Below, in pieces: positions 9,759 through 19,028 of a DNA stretch of 24,019 nucleotides. The stretch's first letter is position 1. Each line of letters begins with the position of its first letter. Both the position numbers and the translations under genes were made by a program. Origin of the DNA: Planctomycetota bacterium (GTDB lineage Bacteria; Planctomycetota; UBA1135); NCBI GenBank assembly GCA_045047305.1, contig JASFYO010000040.1, positions 1 through 24,019 on the forward strand, read 5' to 3'. The notes below the pieces were generated by a model. It was not told the DNA's origin and made no database searches. It saw only the letters and a program-made list of their open reading frames with translations.

Positions 9759-11225
9759 TTACTCTTCCACACGAAGCGCATCTTCAACCCCGCGGAACTC
9801 ACCCAGGGCAACTTCCAACGCCTCTACAATCTCCGCAGCTAGAATCGCTGGCGCCGGCAAGTTCTCTACATCTTCAAGAGATTCATCTTTGAGCCACAAG
9901 ATGTCCAGGTTGGCTTTGTCTCTAGCAACAATTTCTTTGTAACTGAATTTCTTAAAACAGTCGGTCTCTTTACGCTTGGCAACTTTACCGGCTTGATAGA
10001 CGGCCTTGAAGTCCTCGAGATCTTTGCTCCCGAGAGGATTTGTTTTGAGAGTAAAATGTTGGTTCGTACGAAGGTCGTAAATCCACAGCTCCTTCGTCCA
10101 GGGCTTTTCGCTGGCCTCCTTACGATCAAAGAACAGGACATTCGCCTTAACCCCCTGGGCGTAGAAGATGCCGGTGGGAAGACGCAGCAGGGTATGCACG
10201 TTGCAGCGCTTCAGAAGTTCGCAGCGGATGGTCTCGCCAGCGCCGCCTTCAAACAATACGTTGTCGGGAAGCACAACGGCCGCAGTGCCCCCAACTTTGA
10301 GTTCGCTAACGATGTGCTGCAGGAAGTTCAGCTGTTTGTTGCTGGTAGTCGCCCAGAACTCGTCACGCTCGTATTCCTGCTTCTCCGTGGTGATCTTCCC
10401 GTCTTCACCAACGATGGTGTACCCGCCCTTTTTACCAAAAGGCGGATTGGCGAGGATCATGTCAAACTTCTTGCCACTGGGTTTGGCCAGGGCATCGGCG
10501 CGATCAACCGGTGGGTCATTAGCATCTTTCGTCGAACCGATGCCGTGCAGGTAGAGGTTCATGGCGCAGAGACTGACCACACCGGGGACGATGTCTGTGC
10601 CGCGCAGGGCTTCCGTCTTGAGGTGCGTGCGTGCAGCTTTATCGAGCTTGTGCTGCGCCTGGATGAAGTCGTGGGCGGCAAGCAGGAAACCACCAGTACC
10701 ACAGGCAGGGTCGCCGATGAGCTGTCCTGGTTTCGGCTGCATAACATCAACCATGGCGCGAATGAGAGGGCGCGGCGTGAAATATTGGCCGGCGCCCTTA
10801 TCGGAAGAGCTGGCGGTCTTTTCAAGCAAGCCTTCGTAGATAGCGCCCTTGATATCCACATCCATCCCAGACCAATCCTCATCAGCGATCATCTTAATCA
10901 CACGCTGGAGGTCGGAAGGATTAGAGATCTTGTTCTGGGCCTTGCGAAAGATGATGCCGACGAGACCGGGCTCTTTGCCGAGAGCCTCAAGCGTGTGGCG
11001 ATAGTGAATTTCGAGATCATCGCCGCTCTTGCTGTTCAGCTCGGACCACTTGAAAGCATCGGGAATCGGGTTGTCGAAACCCAACTCAGTCATCTCGTCG
11101 GCCAGCTTCAGAAAAAGTAGGTAGGTAATCTGCTCGACGTAGTCGCCGTAACCGACCCCCGCGTTCTTGAGCACGTGGGCGTAGTTCCAGACTTTGGAGA
11201 CGATGGAGGCGGAGTTGTCGGACAT
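9759..11225 (-). CDS. hsdM: type I restriction-modification N6-adenine methyltransferase subunit
   Basis: YVEQITYLLFLK, GAGQYFTPR, SAM-binding DPACGTGGFL, catalytic ANPPFG, LRLPTGIFYAQGVKANVLFF. Confidence 0.96.
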   Translation of the reverse strand: MSDNSASIVSKVWNYAHVLKNAGVGYGDYVEQITYLLFLKLADEMTELGFDNPIPDAFKWSELNSKSGDDLEIHYRHTLEALGKEPGLVGIIFRKAQNKISNPSDLQRVIKMIADEDWSGMDVDIKGAIYEGLLEKTASSSDKGAGQYFTPRPLIRAMVDVMQPKPGQLIGDPACGTGGFLLAAHDFIQAQHKLDKAARTHLKTEALRGTDIVPGVVSLCAMNLYLHGIGSTKDANDPPVDRADALAKPSGKKFDMILANPPFGKKGGYTIVGEDGKITTEKQEYERDEFWATTSNKQLNFLQHIVSELKVGGTAAVVLPDNVLFEGGAGETIRCELLKRCNVHTLLRLPTGIFYAQGVKANVLFFDRKEASEKPWTKELWIYDLRTNQHFTLKTNPLGSKDLEDFKAVYQAGKVAKRKETDCFKKFSYKEIVARDKANLDILWLKDESLEDVENLPAPAILAAEIVEALEVALGEFRGVEDALRVEE

Positions 11226-11232
11226 GTCAGAT

Positions 11233-12014
11233 TCAGTCTTGGTCTGGTTGCTTGTGGTTGCCTTCTAAGCGCTTCACTTCCCGGTCGAAATCGGAAATGA
11301 AGTCCTTGAGTAGTTCTTAGCTACGGTGATGTCGCTCTTGAGCACTTTTCCCTTTGGCCCGGCCTTCCAAGTGCTAAGGCCCATGTGAGGCTTGTCCGCA
11401 TCGGCCAGCTCGTGGATGGTCTCCGCTGCGGTCCTCCCGGTAATCGCCCAATGCAACTTGTTCTGCACATTGGCGAAAAACTCGTTTGTGATCGGCGCCT
11501 TCGAATCGTAATCGACCGCTAGGGAGTATATGTCGGTGATCTTCTGGTAGAAGCGCCGTTCGCTCGCGCGGATTTCGCGGATACGGTCGAGCAACTCGTC
11601 GAAGTAATCCTCGCCGAACGACTTGCCTTGCTTGAGCCGCTCATCATCCAACACAAAGCCCTTGATGACAAATTCCTTGAGTGTCTTCGTGGCCCAAATC
11701 CGGAACTGAGTGGCCTGGTAGCTATTGACCCGATAGCCGACGGCGATGATCGCATCGAGGCTGTAGAAATCAATCATGCGGCGAACCTCCCTCGTCCCCT
11801 CCTGTTGAACTATTTCCATTTTGGAAAGAGTTGCTTCCGCCTCCAATTCACCGGTCTCGTAGATGTTCTTGAAGTGCTTATTGATCGCGGGAATGCCAAC
11901 GCCGAAGAGGTCCGCCAAGCCCCGCTGGGTCATCCAGAAGTTCTCATCCTGATAAACAACCTCAATGCGCTGCTCACCTTCCGACGTCTTGTAGAAAATC
12001 AGTTCGTGAGCCAT
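11233..12014 (-). pseudogene. rhuM: RhuM-family protein with an internal deletion/frameshift near 11308
   Basis: WMTQ..LADLF, YSLDAIIAVGYRVNS..ATQFRIWAT, IREIRASERRFYQK, VQNKLHWA, KSDITVAKNY. The sequence then jumps to a different frame encoding KDFISDFDREVKRLEGNHKQPDQD*, a RhuM-like C-terminus with its stop at 11233-11235. Confidence 0.8.
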
Positions 12015-12034
12015 GATGGTGAAACGGATTGGAC

Positions 12035-12199
12035 GTCGAGGATCGGGTTGTCGAAACTCAGCTCAGTCTTCTCGTCGGCGAGCTTGAGGAAGAGCAGGTA
12101 GGTAATCTGCTCGACGTAGTCGCCGCAACCGACCCCAACGCTCTTGAGAATGTAGGTGGAGTTCCAGACTTTGGAGACGATGGCGGAGGAATCTGGCAT
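12035..12199 (-). pseudogene. degenerate 5' fragment of a second hsdM; diverged direct repeat of 11058-11225
   Basis: MPDSSAIVSKVWNSTYILKSVGVGCGDYVEQITYLLFLKLADEKTELSFDNPILD against HsdM; hand count gives 39/49 identical residues from IVSK to the final D. Confidence 0.9.
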
Positions 12200-12201
12200 G
12201 T

Positions 12202-14448
12202 TCATGGAAGGTTTCCTGCTTCTGCCGAAAATTCAGCCTCTAGTGAGGCAATATGACTCGGGTTGTGAGTGTTCAGAGCTGTTAGCACATCTCCGATTAT
12301 TTCTTTGCAATGCGCAACGTAGTTGGGAACCTCGGTTGCTTGAGTAAGGCTATGAGAGTGAGAGTTTTCATCTGCGAACTTTTTTATTTTTCCGCACGTT
12401 TCTTCGCACGGAATGATTTTTCGGAGCTTGTCACCCCATCCACCGGACTCTGGGAAAACGAATCCGAGGTATGCTTCGAGAAGCCGTCGAATCATATTCG
12501 GAACACCGCACAGAAGCTCAAATTGGGGTGCAGGATTCTCGTGGATTACCTTCAAGCAATAGTAAGTATACTGGTAGTCAGATTTGAACTTCTTCAGCAT
12601 TTTTGGAAGCCGAACAAGTGATGAAAACCACTCTTGCGATGCATCCAACTGCCGGTGTGTCATATAGAACCTGCCATCAACCTTTTTCATCCAATCTTTC
12701 GTGATTCCAAAAAAACTGGAATTGTGGGTTAAGACGAACAGTTGACGAGCCTTGCCGAGTCGGTTCTCGGTGATCGAGTGAACTGCGTAAATGTGATTTG
12801 AATCCAGGCTAGAGATTGGATCATCAAGAACGATGATGGTCTCTTCGAGTGGGATAGTTCCTTCTTCCAATTTCGCCAGAAAGTAGGCGAACGCGACTGC
12901 AGCCCTTTCGCCTTCGCTCATGTTCTTCGCGACCTGCCCACCACGCTGAAATTCGAAGTCAGTGTCATTGAGTTTAACAGCTTTGATATTGTCACCTGGC
13001 AGGAGCACCTTTAGGTTGTCGTTGATTCGACGTGCGGCGATAGACGCGTCTCTAATTGCTTGTTTTGCGTCTCTGATGGTCGTTCCAATCCTTCCGCAAG
13101 TTGCCGTGCAATTCCCGGCGCGAACTTCAATAGCGGCCATTTGCTCCTCCCTCTCGAGAACTTTGCAATCGCGCATATATTCGACAGCGTAGTGTTCGCA
13201 GATTTCCCTTTTTGCTTCTGCTTTTACTGTCTCGGCGGCGGCAACACGATCGTTGTGTTCTTTGAGAATCGCGTTGAATGCGGAAATGGCGGACCGCAAT
13301 TTTATAGCAGGTTCAGGGTCTGGTCTCCAATCGGTTGAAGTTTCAAGTGCAGCCAGCTTGGCGTCCACCACAGCAAGTAGGTTTTCGATCGCACCCTTCA
13401 CTCCTTGAAGTGCATTGCGAAGGGTTGCCAACGCCTCCTGAAAACGAATCCGGAGATCAGGGAAAAGGGCCGTCTCTGTAATTGCAGGAGAATCGAAATT
13501 CAGATTCTCAATCGATGTGCGATACGTTCTGAGACTAGCTTGTAGTGCTGCAAATGCCTCTGAGAAGTGCCCTCGCAGTTCAGTCCATCTGGCAGGAGAG
13601 ACTGTATTGCCACAAAATCCACAAGGACTGTCAGCCGCATTCAAGTCGATGCCAGTTTGAGCCCAATTCTCGAGGGCGTGGTTATCCTGCAGCGCATCAA
13701 TGGCTGTATTGGTAGCAATCTCGCGAAGAGCACGCCGGAGTTGGGGAACAACCCGAAAGGCTGAAGAATGGTCGGGAGAGAACAGAGACGCGGAAGAAAA
13801 ATCGGTCGCCTTCCGAAATTCCTCTTTCTTGTTCTCTAATGCGTTCTCCTTAAACGGGAGAGGCCAAATATTTCGCGGTAGGGCTCTGATTGTATCTCGG
13901 AGGTGGCGACGATCGTAAGGACCACCGACAATCCCGTTCACGATGCGAGCTTGCGCAGTTCCGTCGGTATCGGTCTTCTCCAGAATGGCGCCTTTGTCGC
14001 CTCGAAGCTTAGTGCGAAAAGCGTCAACCTTGGCGAGTCTGCGTTCTAAGTCAGTAAGGCGGTCTTTGAGTGCTTGGTTTGCTTCGCCTAGGACGGCGAT
14101 GACGTTTGCTCCCGTCATGTCAGTCCCATCTCGGAAATTGCGTTGCACGAACTGCCTGTTAAATACGCGTATGTGAGGGAGCGGTCCTGTAAATGTCGAA
14201 GCAACGGTGGTTCCGTCCCCTTTTGTAAACTTAAACGTTCCGCCAGCATAGTCCCCGTGGATTGCGGACTCCTCGATAGACTGAAAAACGCGCGACAAAG
14301 TGGTCTTCCCGGAGTAATTCCAGCCGTAGATCAGGTTGTAGCGACTAAAGTCGTCGAGTTGGCCGGCATCCCATACGAAACTCCTAAAGAGTCCGAAACT
14401 TGTAAGGGAGTCTAGAGTTTTGAGTCTGTCGTGGGAAGCAGGAGGCAT
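12202..14448 (-). CDS. RloC-like AAA_13 family ABC-ATPase with coiled coil/zinc hook and C-terminal HEPN (putative anticodon nuclease)
   Basis: Walker A GWNYSGKTT, Q-loop-region VFNRQF, zinc hook CGFC in a coiled coil, signature MSEGE, Walker B/D-loop IVLDDPISSLD, H-loop LTHN, and C-terminal RRLLE...NSHSH. Confidence 0.85.
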   Translation of the reverse strand: MPPASHDRLKTLDSLTSFGLFRSFVWDAGQLDDFSRYNLIYGWNYSGKTTLSRVFQSIEESAIHGDYAGGTFKFTKGDGTTVASTFTGPLPHIRVFNRQFVQRNFRDGTDMTGANVIAVLGEANQALKDRLTDLERRLAKVDAFRTKLRGDKGAILEKTDTDGTAQARIVNGIVGGPYDRRHLRDTIRALPRNIWPLPFKENALENKKEEFRKATDFSSASLFSPDHSSAFRVVPQLRRALREIATNTAIDALQDNHALENWAQTGIDLNAADSPCGFCGNTVSPARWTELRGHFSEAFAALQASLRTYRTSIENLNFDSPAITETALFPDLRIRFQEALATLRNALQGVKGAIENLLAVVDAKLAALETSTDWRPDPEPAIKLRSAISAFNAILKEHNDRVAAAETVKAEAKREICEHYAVEYMRDCKVLEREEQMAAIEVRAGNCTATCGRIGTTIRDAKQAIRDASIAARRINDNLKVLLPGDNIKAVKLNDTDFEFQRGGQVAKNMSEGERAAVAFAYFLAKLEEGTIPLEETIIVLDDPISSLDSNHIYAVHSITENRLGKARQLFVLTHNSSFFGITKDWMKKVDGRFYMTHRQLDASQEWFSSLVRLPKMLKKFKSDYQYTYYCLKVIHENPAPQFELLCGVPNMIRRLLEAYLGFVFPESGGWGDKLRKIIPCEETCGKIKKFADENSHSHSLTQATEVPNYVAHCKEIIGDVLTALNTHNPSHIASLEAEFSAEAGNLP

Positions 14449-14456
14449 CGGACGTC

Positions 14457-15722
14457 TCAGAGTTGCTTCGCTTCCGCGTTAAGAAGGTTGCCAGTGAATG
14501 CGGCGGCGAGAGTGGATTGGCGCAGGCGGTTGGAGCGGGTGATCTGGCGGTCGAGTTCGACTTCGAGGTGGTCGATGGCAGTGGTGCGACCTTCGACTTC
14601 GGCGACGATTTGGTGTTGCTCGGCGAGCGGTGGAAGAGGGATGGGAATCTGATTCAGGTTTGCCTGGGTAAGCTTTGGCTGTGCTGTGCCAGTAACAAAT
14701 CGTGTAATGTCCTTTCCATTGAAAAACAGCCCAACATAAGTCAGTGGTATGCCGCCTAGGGTTTGGACAATATGTGCGTGGTTGTTCACCCAGAATCTTC
14801 CGTGCGCTTGAAAGGCGATAGGAGTCGATCGCGAAAGTAGATTTGCACCGTCTTCAGCGATAAGCAGGAAGTCGCCATCGAATAGGTAATCATCAATATC
14901 ATCGATAATGCCTGATGCCCCGTAGTAAGGAAACTCTCCAGATCGTTGATCCCGATCTGCTCGCTTTAGGGGAATTCGTTGGCCATCAAAATTTTTACAG
15001 ATTTGGTCTACTGACGAAATTTGCCAACCTTCGGGAACATCCATTGGCTGCTTCAACTTGGGTCCCTTTGGCTCTTTGTATTTCCCTCTTCCACTCCAGT
15101 TCTCCCTCCGCTCCACTAGAATCCGCTCGAGCAGCTCTTCTGCAGGTTCGGTGTCGGGGTGTTCTTCGCGCCAAACTTGGGTGAGTTGGCCGGTAACGGC
15201 GGCGGCGAGGACGGATTGGCGGTAGCGTTTGAGTTGGGCTTTGGCGTGGCGCAAGGCGGCGACGCCGGCGTCGAGCCGCGAAAAGAGTTCCTCAATCCGC
15301 GCCACGATCCGACGTTGTTCGGGAAGGGGTGGGATCAACAGGCGAGCTTTCTTGAGATATTGAAAATGGCGAGCATAACCCTTGTCCGGAAAGTCGAGGG
15401 CGTGAGCTATGTGGTAAAGCCACTTTTCATCAACTCCGATTGGTTTGAAGACTTTGACGCCATCAGCACCTGGCACAAACGGACGGTTAAGGAATTTGAA
15501 GATTCGGGTGTGATCTCCAAAGACAAGCAATGGGAGATTATCCTCAACTACTCGTTCTAGATCATCCGAATACCCGCCGACAAGCTGCTGGCCTTGGTCG
15601 ATTACCGGAAATCGACCATCTTTCGAGTAATGCTTTCTGGGAAGCTTCTTATCGTTGATTGAAACGTTGCGGATTACGTCCCCGAAGGAGCATTCCTCCC
15701 AGCCTTCAGGAAGTTCACTCAT
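14457..15722 (-). CDS. hsdS: type I R-M specificity subunit with two TRDs
   Basis: LPEGW start. TRD1 has FGDHTR..GADGVK. Conserved PPLPEQRRIVARIEELFSRLD and PAEELLERI. TRD2 has PYYGASG..AEDGANL..WVNNHAH. C-terminal PLPPLAEQHQIV..AAFTGNL. Overlaps the hsdR stop. Confidence 0.95.
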   Translation of the reverse strand: MSELPEGWEECSFGDVIRNVSINDKKLPRKHYSKDGRFPVIDQGQQLVGGYSDDLERVVEDNLPLLVFGDHTRIFKFLNRPFVPGADGVKVFKPIGVDEKWLYHIAHALDFPDKGYARHFQYLKKARLLIPPLPEQRRIVARIEELFSRLDAGVAALRHAKAQLKRYRQSVLAAAVTGQLTQVWREEHPDTEPAEELLERILVERRENWSGRGKYKEPKGPKLKQPMDVPEGWQISSVDQICKNFDGQRIPLKRADRDQRSGEFPYYGASGIIDDIDDYLFDGDFLLIAEDGANLLSRSTPIAFQAHGRFWVNNHAHIVQTLGGIPLTYVGLFFNGKDITRFVTGTAQPKLTQANLNQIPIPLPPLAEQHQIVAEVEGRTTAIDHLEVELDRQITRSNRLRQSTLAAAFTGNLLNAEAKQL

Positions 15723-18547
15723 GCCACCAACACCTCATTGAGTTCTTCAATGATCGGCTTCAAATGATCCTTACCAAAAACCCGGTTTGCAACCGCCAGC
15801 GGAACACCTTCATTAGAGTCGACGCTTTCCCAGGCATTCCGGTAGGCCTCGGCGTCGTCGGTAGCGAAGGAACCGTTTAGAGCAACGTAGTTTTTGATGA
15901 CTTCGAGCCAGTCGAGTTGATCTTTGGTGAAACGGTCAGCCTGTAAGTTGAGCCAGTGCTGGTAGCGTTGCTCAACGAGTTCGGGGAAAGGCTCTAAGGG
16001 TTGATGTTCTGGATCGACAGTGTGGCGGACCAGAGTAATGAGATTAGTCAGAGTCTTAACCGGGTTACTAGTGAGCGGGCGCTTTTCGAGGTGCTCGTAG
16101 GCTTTCCAGACTTCGGCAGGTGCAATGTGATACGGCGGTCTGGCAACGGCTGCGGCAAGAGCCTTAAGTTCCTCGTAAACAAGATGGCGCTTGGCGTGGG
16201 GCTTGTTGTAGAGAATCTGCAGAGCGGTGATTTCGTCCTGGTTGTCGTTAAGGAACTGCTGCCAGTTCTGGATTAAGCCACGGGCTTTCTCTTCGTCGTA
16301 ACCAGTAGAAATAACTTCGTCACCACTAAGGTGGTCAATGGTGACTTCGGTATTGCGGCGCTTCCTTTCGAGCAGATCGCGGTAGGCAGGTTGCGTGGCG
16401 ATAGGAAATACAGCCTGCTGTTGCAGCTCGTCGGCGGCTTGCTGGAGTTGCTCCTCGCTGGGCTCGGTCGATTCCGATTCGCTTTCGGCGAGAGCGGCTA
16501 CAGCACGAGCGGCAATGACGTCGGGGTCGGTGGCTTGGAGCAAGTCTGAGGCAAGTTGCTTCAGCGAGATACCGCCGGTGGATTGAAGCTCGGCCTTATC
16601 GGTCTCACTAAGAGATCGATCGAGGCGGGCAAGACGGTTGGCAAGACTGGAAAGAGTGTCTTCGTCACGCTCCCCCATAGCGACTTTGACAAGAAGCTTG
16701 TCGAAAGGAACGGTGGGCTTGCGCTCCAGCGGGCGGGAGTCGGTCTTGGCGGATTCAGTAACTCCCACAGCATCGACAAGCACGAAGCGTGTCTTGTTGC
16801 CTGCGTCGGGAGTGACGGTGGCCAAGTCGGTCGGGTCAATGGTGCGTGTGCCCCGCCCCTTCATCTGCTCGAAGTAGAGCTGGGAGCGCACGTCGCGCAG
16901 GAAAAGCAGGCACTCAAGCGGCTTGATGTCGGTGCCAGTGGCAATCATGTCGACAGTAACCGCGATACGAAACTCTGGTGCGGTGCGGAAGGCCTTAATA
17001 ATCAGCTCGGGCTTGGCGCCGGCTTTGTAAGTGATCTTCTTGCAGAAGTCGTTGCCCTTGCCGAACTCCTCGCGAACAATGGCGACGATGTCTTCGGCGT
17101 GTGCGTCGGTCTTGGCGAAAATCAGAGTCTTGGGGACCCAGGGTTGGTCGAGCCCGAGAGAGGCAGCCCGGGCGGGACGATCAGGGAAAAGGTCGGTAAA
17201 AAGTTTGTCGCGGAAGGCACGGATGACAGTCCTAATCTGGTCAGGAACCACGACGGAGCGGTCGAGTTGGATCTTGGCGACGGCTTCCTCTTCATCTTGC
17301 GCCGCCCAGCGTTTCTCACGGGTGAGGCGGTCACGCTTCTGATAATCGAAGCCGGCATTAAGCTTGGTGCCGCTCTCTGAGATGCGGGTCTTGATGCGGT
17401 AGATGTCGTAGCCGACATTGACGCCATCGGCAACAGCCTGAACATGAGGGTATTCAGTGACCAGGTTGCGGTTGAAAAAACCGAGGGTGGCTTTGCTGGG
17501 CGTGGCGGTTAGACCAATGAGGAATGCGTCGAAGTAATCGAGAACCTGCCGCCAGAGGTTATAGATAGAGCGGTGACATTCGTCGACGATGATGACGTCG
17601 AAGGTCTCTATCGGGATTGCCGGGTTATAGACGACGGGGAGCGGCTCCTTGCTGGAAGTGCCGGTGCCATCGAGCTCATAGCCGGAGTGTTCGTCGGCCT
17701 CCTCATCGAGCTCGGTCCCCTTGAGTTGGGAGAAGAGGCGTTGGATTGTGGAAACGGTGACGCTGCAGACATCGTCGATGCCAGCTGGGCCAAGCATCTG
17801 CACGTTGTAGAGGTCGGTGAATTTGCGGCCGTCGTCGGGCGTGGTGAATTGCTGGAATTCGTTGACGGTCTGGCGGCCGAGGTTGCCGCGATCGACAAGA
17901 AAGAGGATGCGCTTGGCGCCGGCGTGCTTGATAAGGCGATAGGCCTGCGTGACGGCGGTGTAAGTCTTGCCGGAACCGGTGGCCATCTGCACAAGGGCGC
18001 GGGGGCGGTTGTCGGCCAGAGATTGTTCGAGGCCGGTAATGGCGGAGACCTGACAATCACGAAGCGGTGCTGCAACGAGTTCGTGGTCGCCGGGGAGGGC
18101 TTTGAGCCGAGCGCGGAAGGTGTCGGCTTGCTGGACCAGCTCGAACAGATGCTCGGGGCGGTGGAAAGCAAAGACTGGGCGAGAGCGGGCGTCGGGATCG
18201 CGCTGGTCGCAGAAGTTCGTTTCGACCCCGGTGGTCTCGTAGGTGAAAGGCAGCGGGTCGGCCCACCGCTGAGCGATGAAATGTTGGGCCTTCCCATAGC
18301 GAGCGGATTGCTCGGCTACTTGGGAAAGGGTAGAACCAACCTTCTTGGCCTCGACGATGCCAAGGGCTTTGCCGTCGACAAAGAGCATGTAGTCGGCAGG
18401 CCCACCTTTGGATTGAACCTCGCGAACAGCAACGCCTTTCGATGCGAAGAGGTTCAGCTCCGAAAGGCTTTGCACCGACCACCCAGCAGCTTCAAGTTGC
18501 TGGTCAATATTCTTGCGCGCTTCGGCTTCGGGAGTGTGGGGGGACAA
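15719..18547 (-). CDS. hsdR: type I R-M restriction subunit (EcoEI/EcoAI-like DEAD/H motor)
   Basis: PEAEARKNIDQQLEAAGW, nuclease ADY..IVEAK, MATGSGKT, LFLVDR, DECHRS, GLTATP, KTLIFA, VDMIATGTD, EQMKGRGTR. TTG start. Confidence 0.95.
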   Translation of the reverse strand: MSPHTPEAEARKNIDQQLEAAGWSVQSLSELNLFASKGVAVREVQSKGGPADYMLFVDGKALGIVEAKKVGSTLSQVAEQSARYGKAQHFIAQRWADPLPFTYETTGVETNFCDQRDPDARSRPVFAFHRPEHLFELVQQADTFRARLKALPGDHELVAAPLRDCQVSAITGLEQSLADNRPRALVQMATGSGKTYTAVTQAYRLIKHAGAKRILFLVDRGNLGRQTVNEFQQFTTPDDGRKFTDLYNVQMLGPAGIDDVCSVTVSTIQRLFSQLKGTELDEEADEHSGYELDGTGTSSKEPLPVVYNPAIPIETFDVIIVDECHRSIYNLWRQVLDYFDAFLIGLTATPSKATLGFFNRNLVTEYPHVQAVADGVNVGYDIYRIKTRISESGTKLNAGFDYQKRDRLTREKRWAAQDEEEAVAKIQLDRSVVVPDQIRTVIRAFRDKLFTDLFPDRPARAASLGLDQPWVPKTLIFAKTDAHAEDIVAIVREEFGKGNDFCKKITYKAGAKPELIIKAFRTAPEFRIAVTVDMIATGTDIKPLECLLFLRDVRSQLYFEQMKGRGTRTIDPTDLATVTPDAGNKTRFVLVDAVGVTESAKTDSRPLERKPTVPFDKLLVKVAMGERDEDTLSSLANRLARLDRSLSETDKAELQSTGGISLKQLASDLLQATDPDVIAARAVAALAESESESTEPSEEQLQQAADELQQQAVFPIATQPAYRDLLERKRRNTEVTIDHLSGDEVISTGYDEEKARGLIQNWQQFLNDNQDEITALQILYNKPHAKRHLVYEELKALAAAVARPPYHIAPAEVWKAYEHLEKRPLTSNPVKTLTNLITLVRHTVDPEHQPLEPFPELVEQRYQHWLNLQADRFTKDQLDWLEVIKNYVALNGSFATDDAEAYRNAWESVDSNEGVPLAVANRVFGKDHLKPIIEELNEVLVA

Positions 18548-18806
18548 GGTTGGATTCGTTAGGTGCTAAACAACTAGGCTAGCTGCTCAGGCAGTGGAGG
18601 GCTAGAGATGATTGCTCTGGATGTTCCTCCATAAACGGCGGGCAATAGTCTTAGATTCGTCCTTTTTGCGGACTCGCGCTTGCAAAAAACGGCGTCGGCC
18701 TCGGCCTCGACGCGGAAAAGAACTTCACCTTCGGCGCCGGTGGCATCGGCCACTCCTGGAGTTCAGTAGAAAGGCTGGTTGAAACCAAATTTTTCACATG
18801 ACCGAG

Positions 18807-18934
18807 CACTACTTTAAGCACCCCTCCTCTCTCTTAAACTAGTCAGAACATATGCTCTACAAAACCCTTACACTGCTTCCGCTGCTCGATTAGCACCGAT
18901 TAGTTTAAGATGTGGACTAGCCTTAAAGTAAGTG
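18807..18934. repeat. nested imperfect inverted repeat built from four TASTTTAAG/CTTAAASTA half-sites
   Basis: TACTTTAAG (18810-18) N14 CTTAAACTA (18833-41), and TAGTTTAAG (18901-09) N12 CTTAAAGTA (18922-30). The inner arms TCTTAAACTAGTC and GATTAGTTTAAGA pair at 12/13 positions. Confidence 0.65.
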
Positions 18935-19028
18935 GTTCTCCACTGAGCCTCACTCATGACCATTATCGCGCAACCATCTTAATTGCTAACCCGCTTCGGA
19001 TTAACTTCTTGAGGCGAGACTTTGTCCC

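Noticed and set aside
9993..11120. 375-aa + strand ORF
   Set aside because: Antisense shadow of hsdM with no recognisable motifs; explained by codon bias.
16556..18562. 274-aa and 329-aa + strand ORFs and overlapping alternative-frame minus ORFs
   Set aside because: Shadows of the GC-rich hsdR gene.
18690..18770. GC-rich coding-like stretch (GVGLGLDAEKNFTFGAGGIGHSW) in the hsdR upstream region
   Set aside because: Short, no start codon and no family recognised; may be another remnant but is unsupported.
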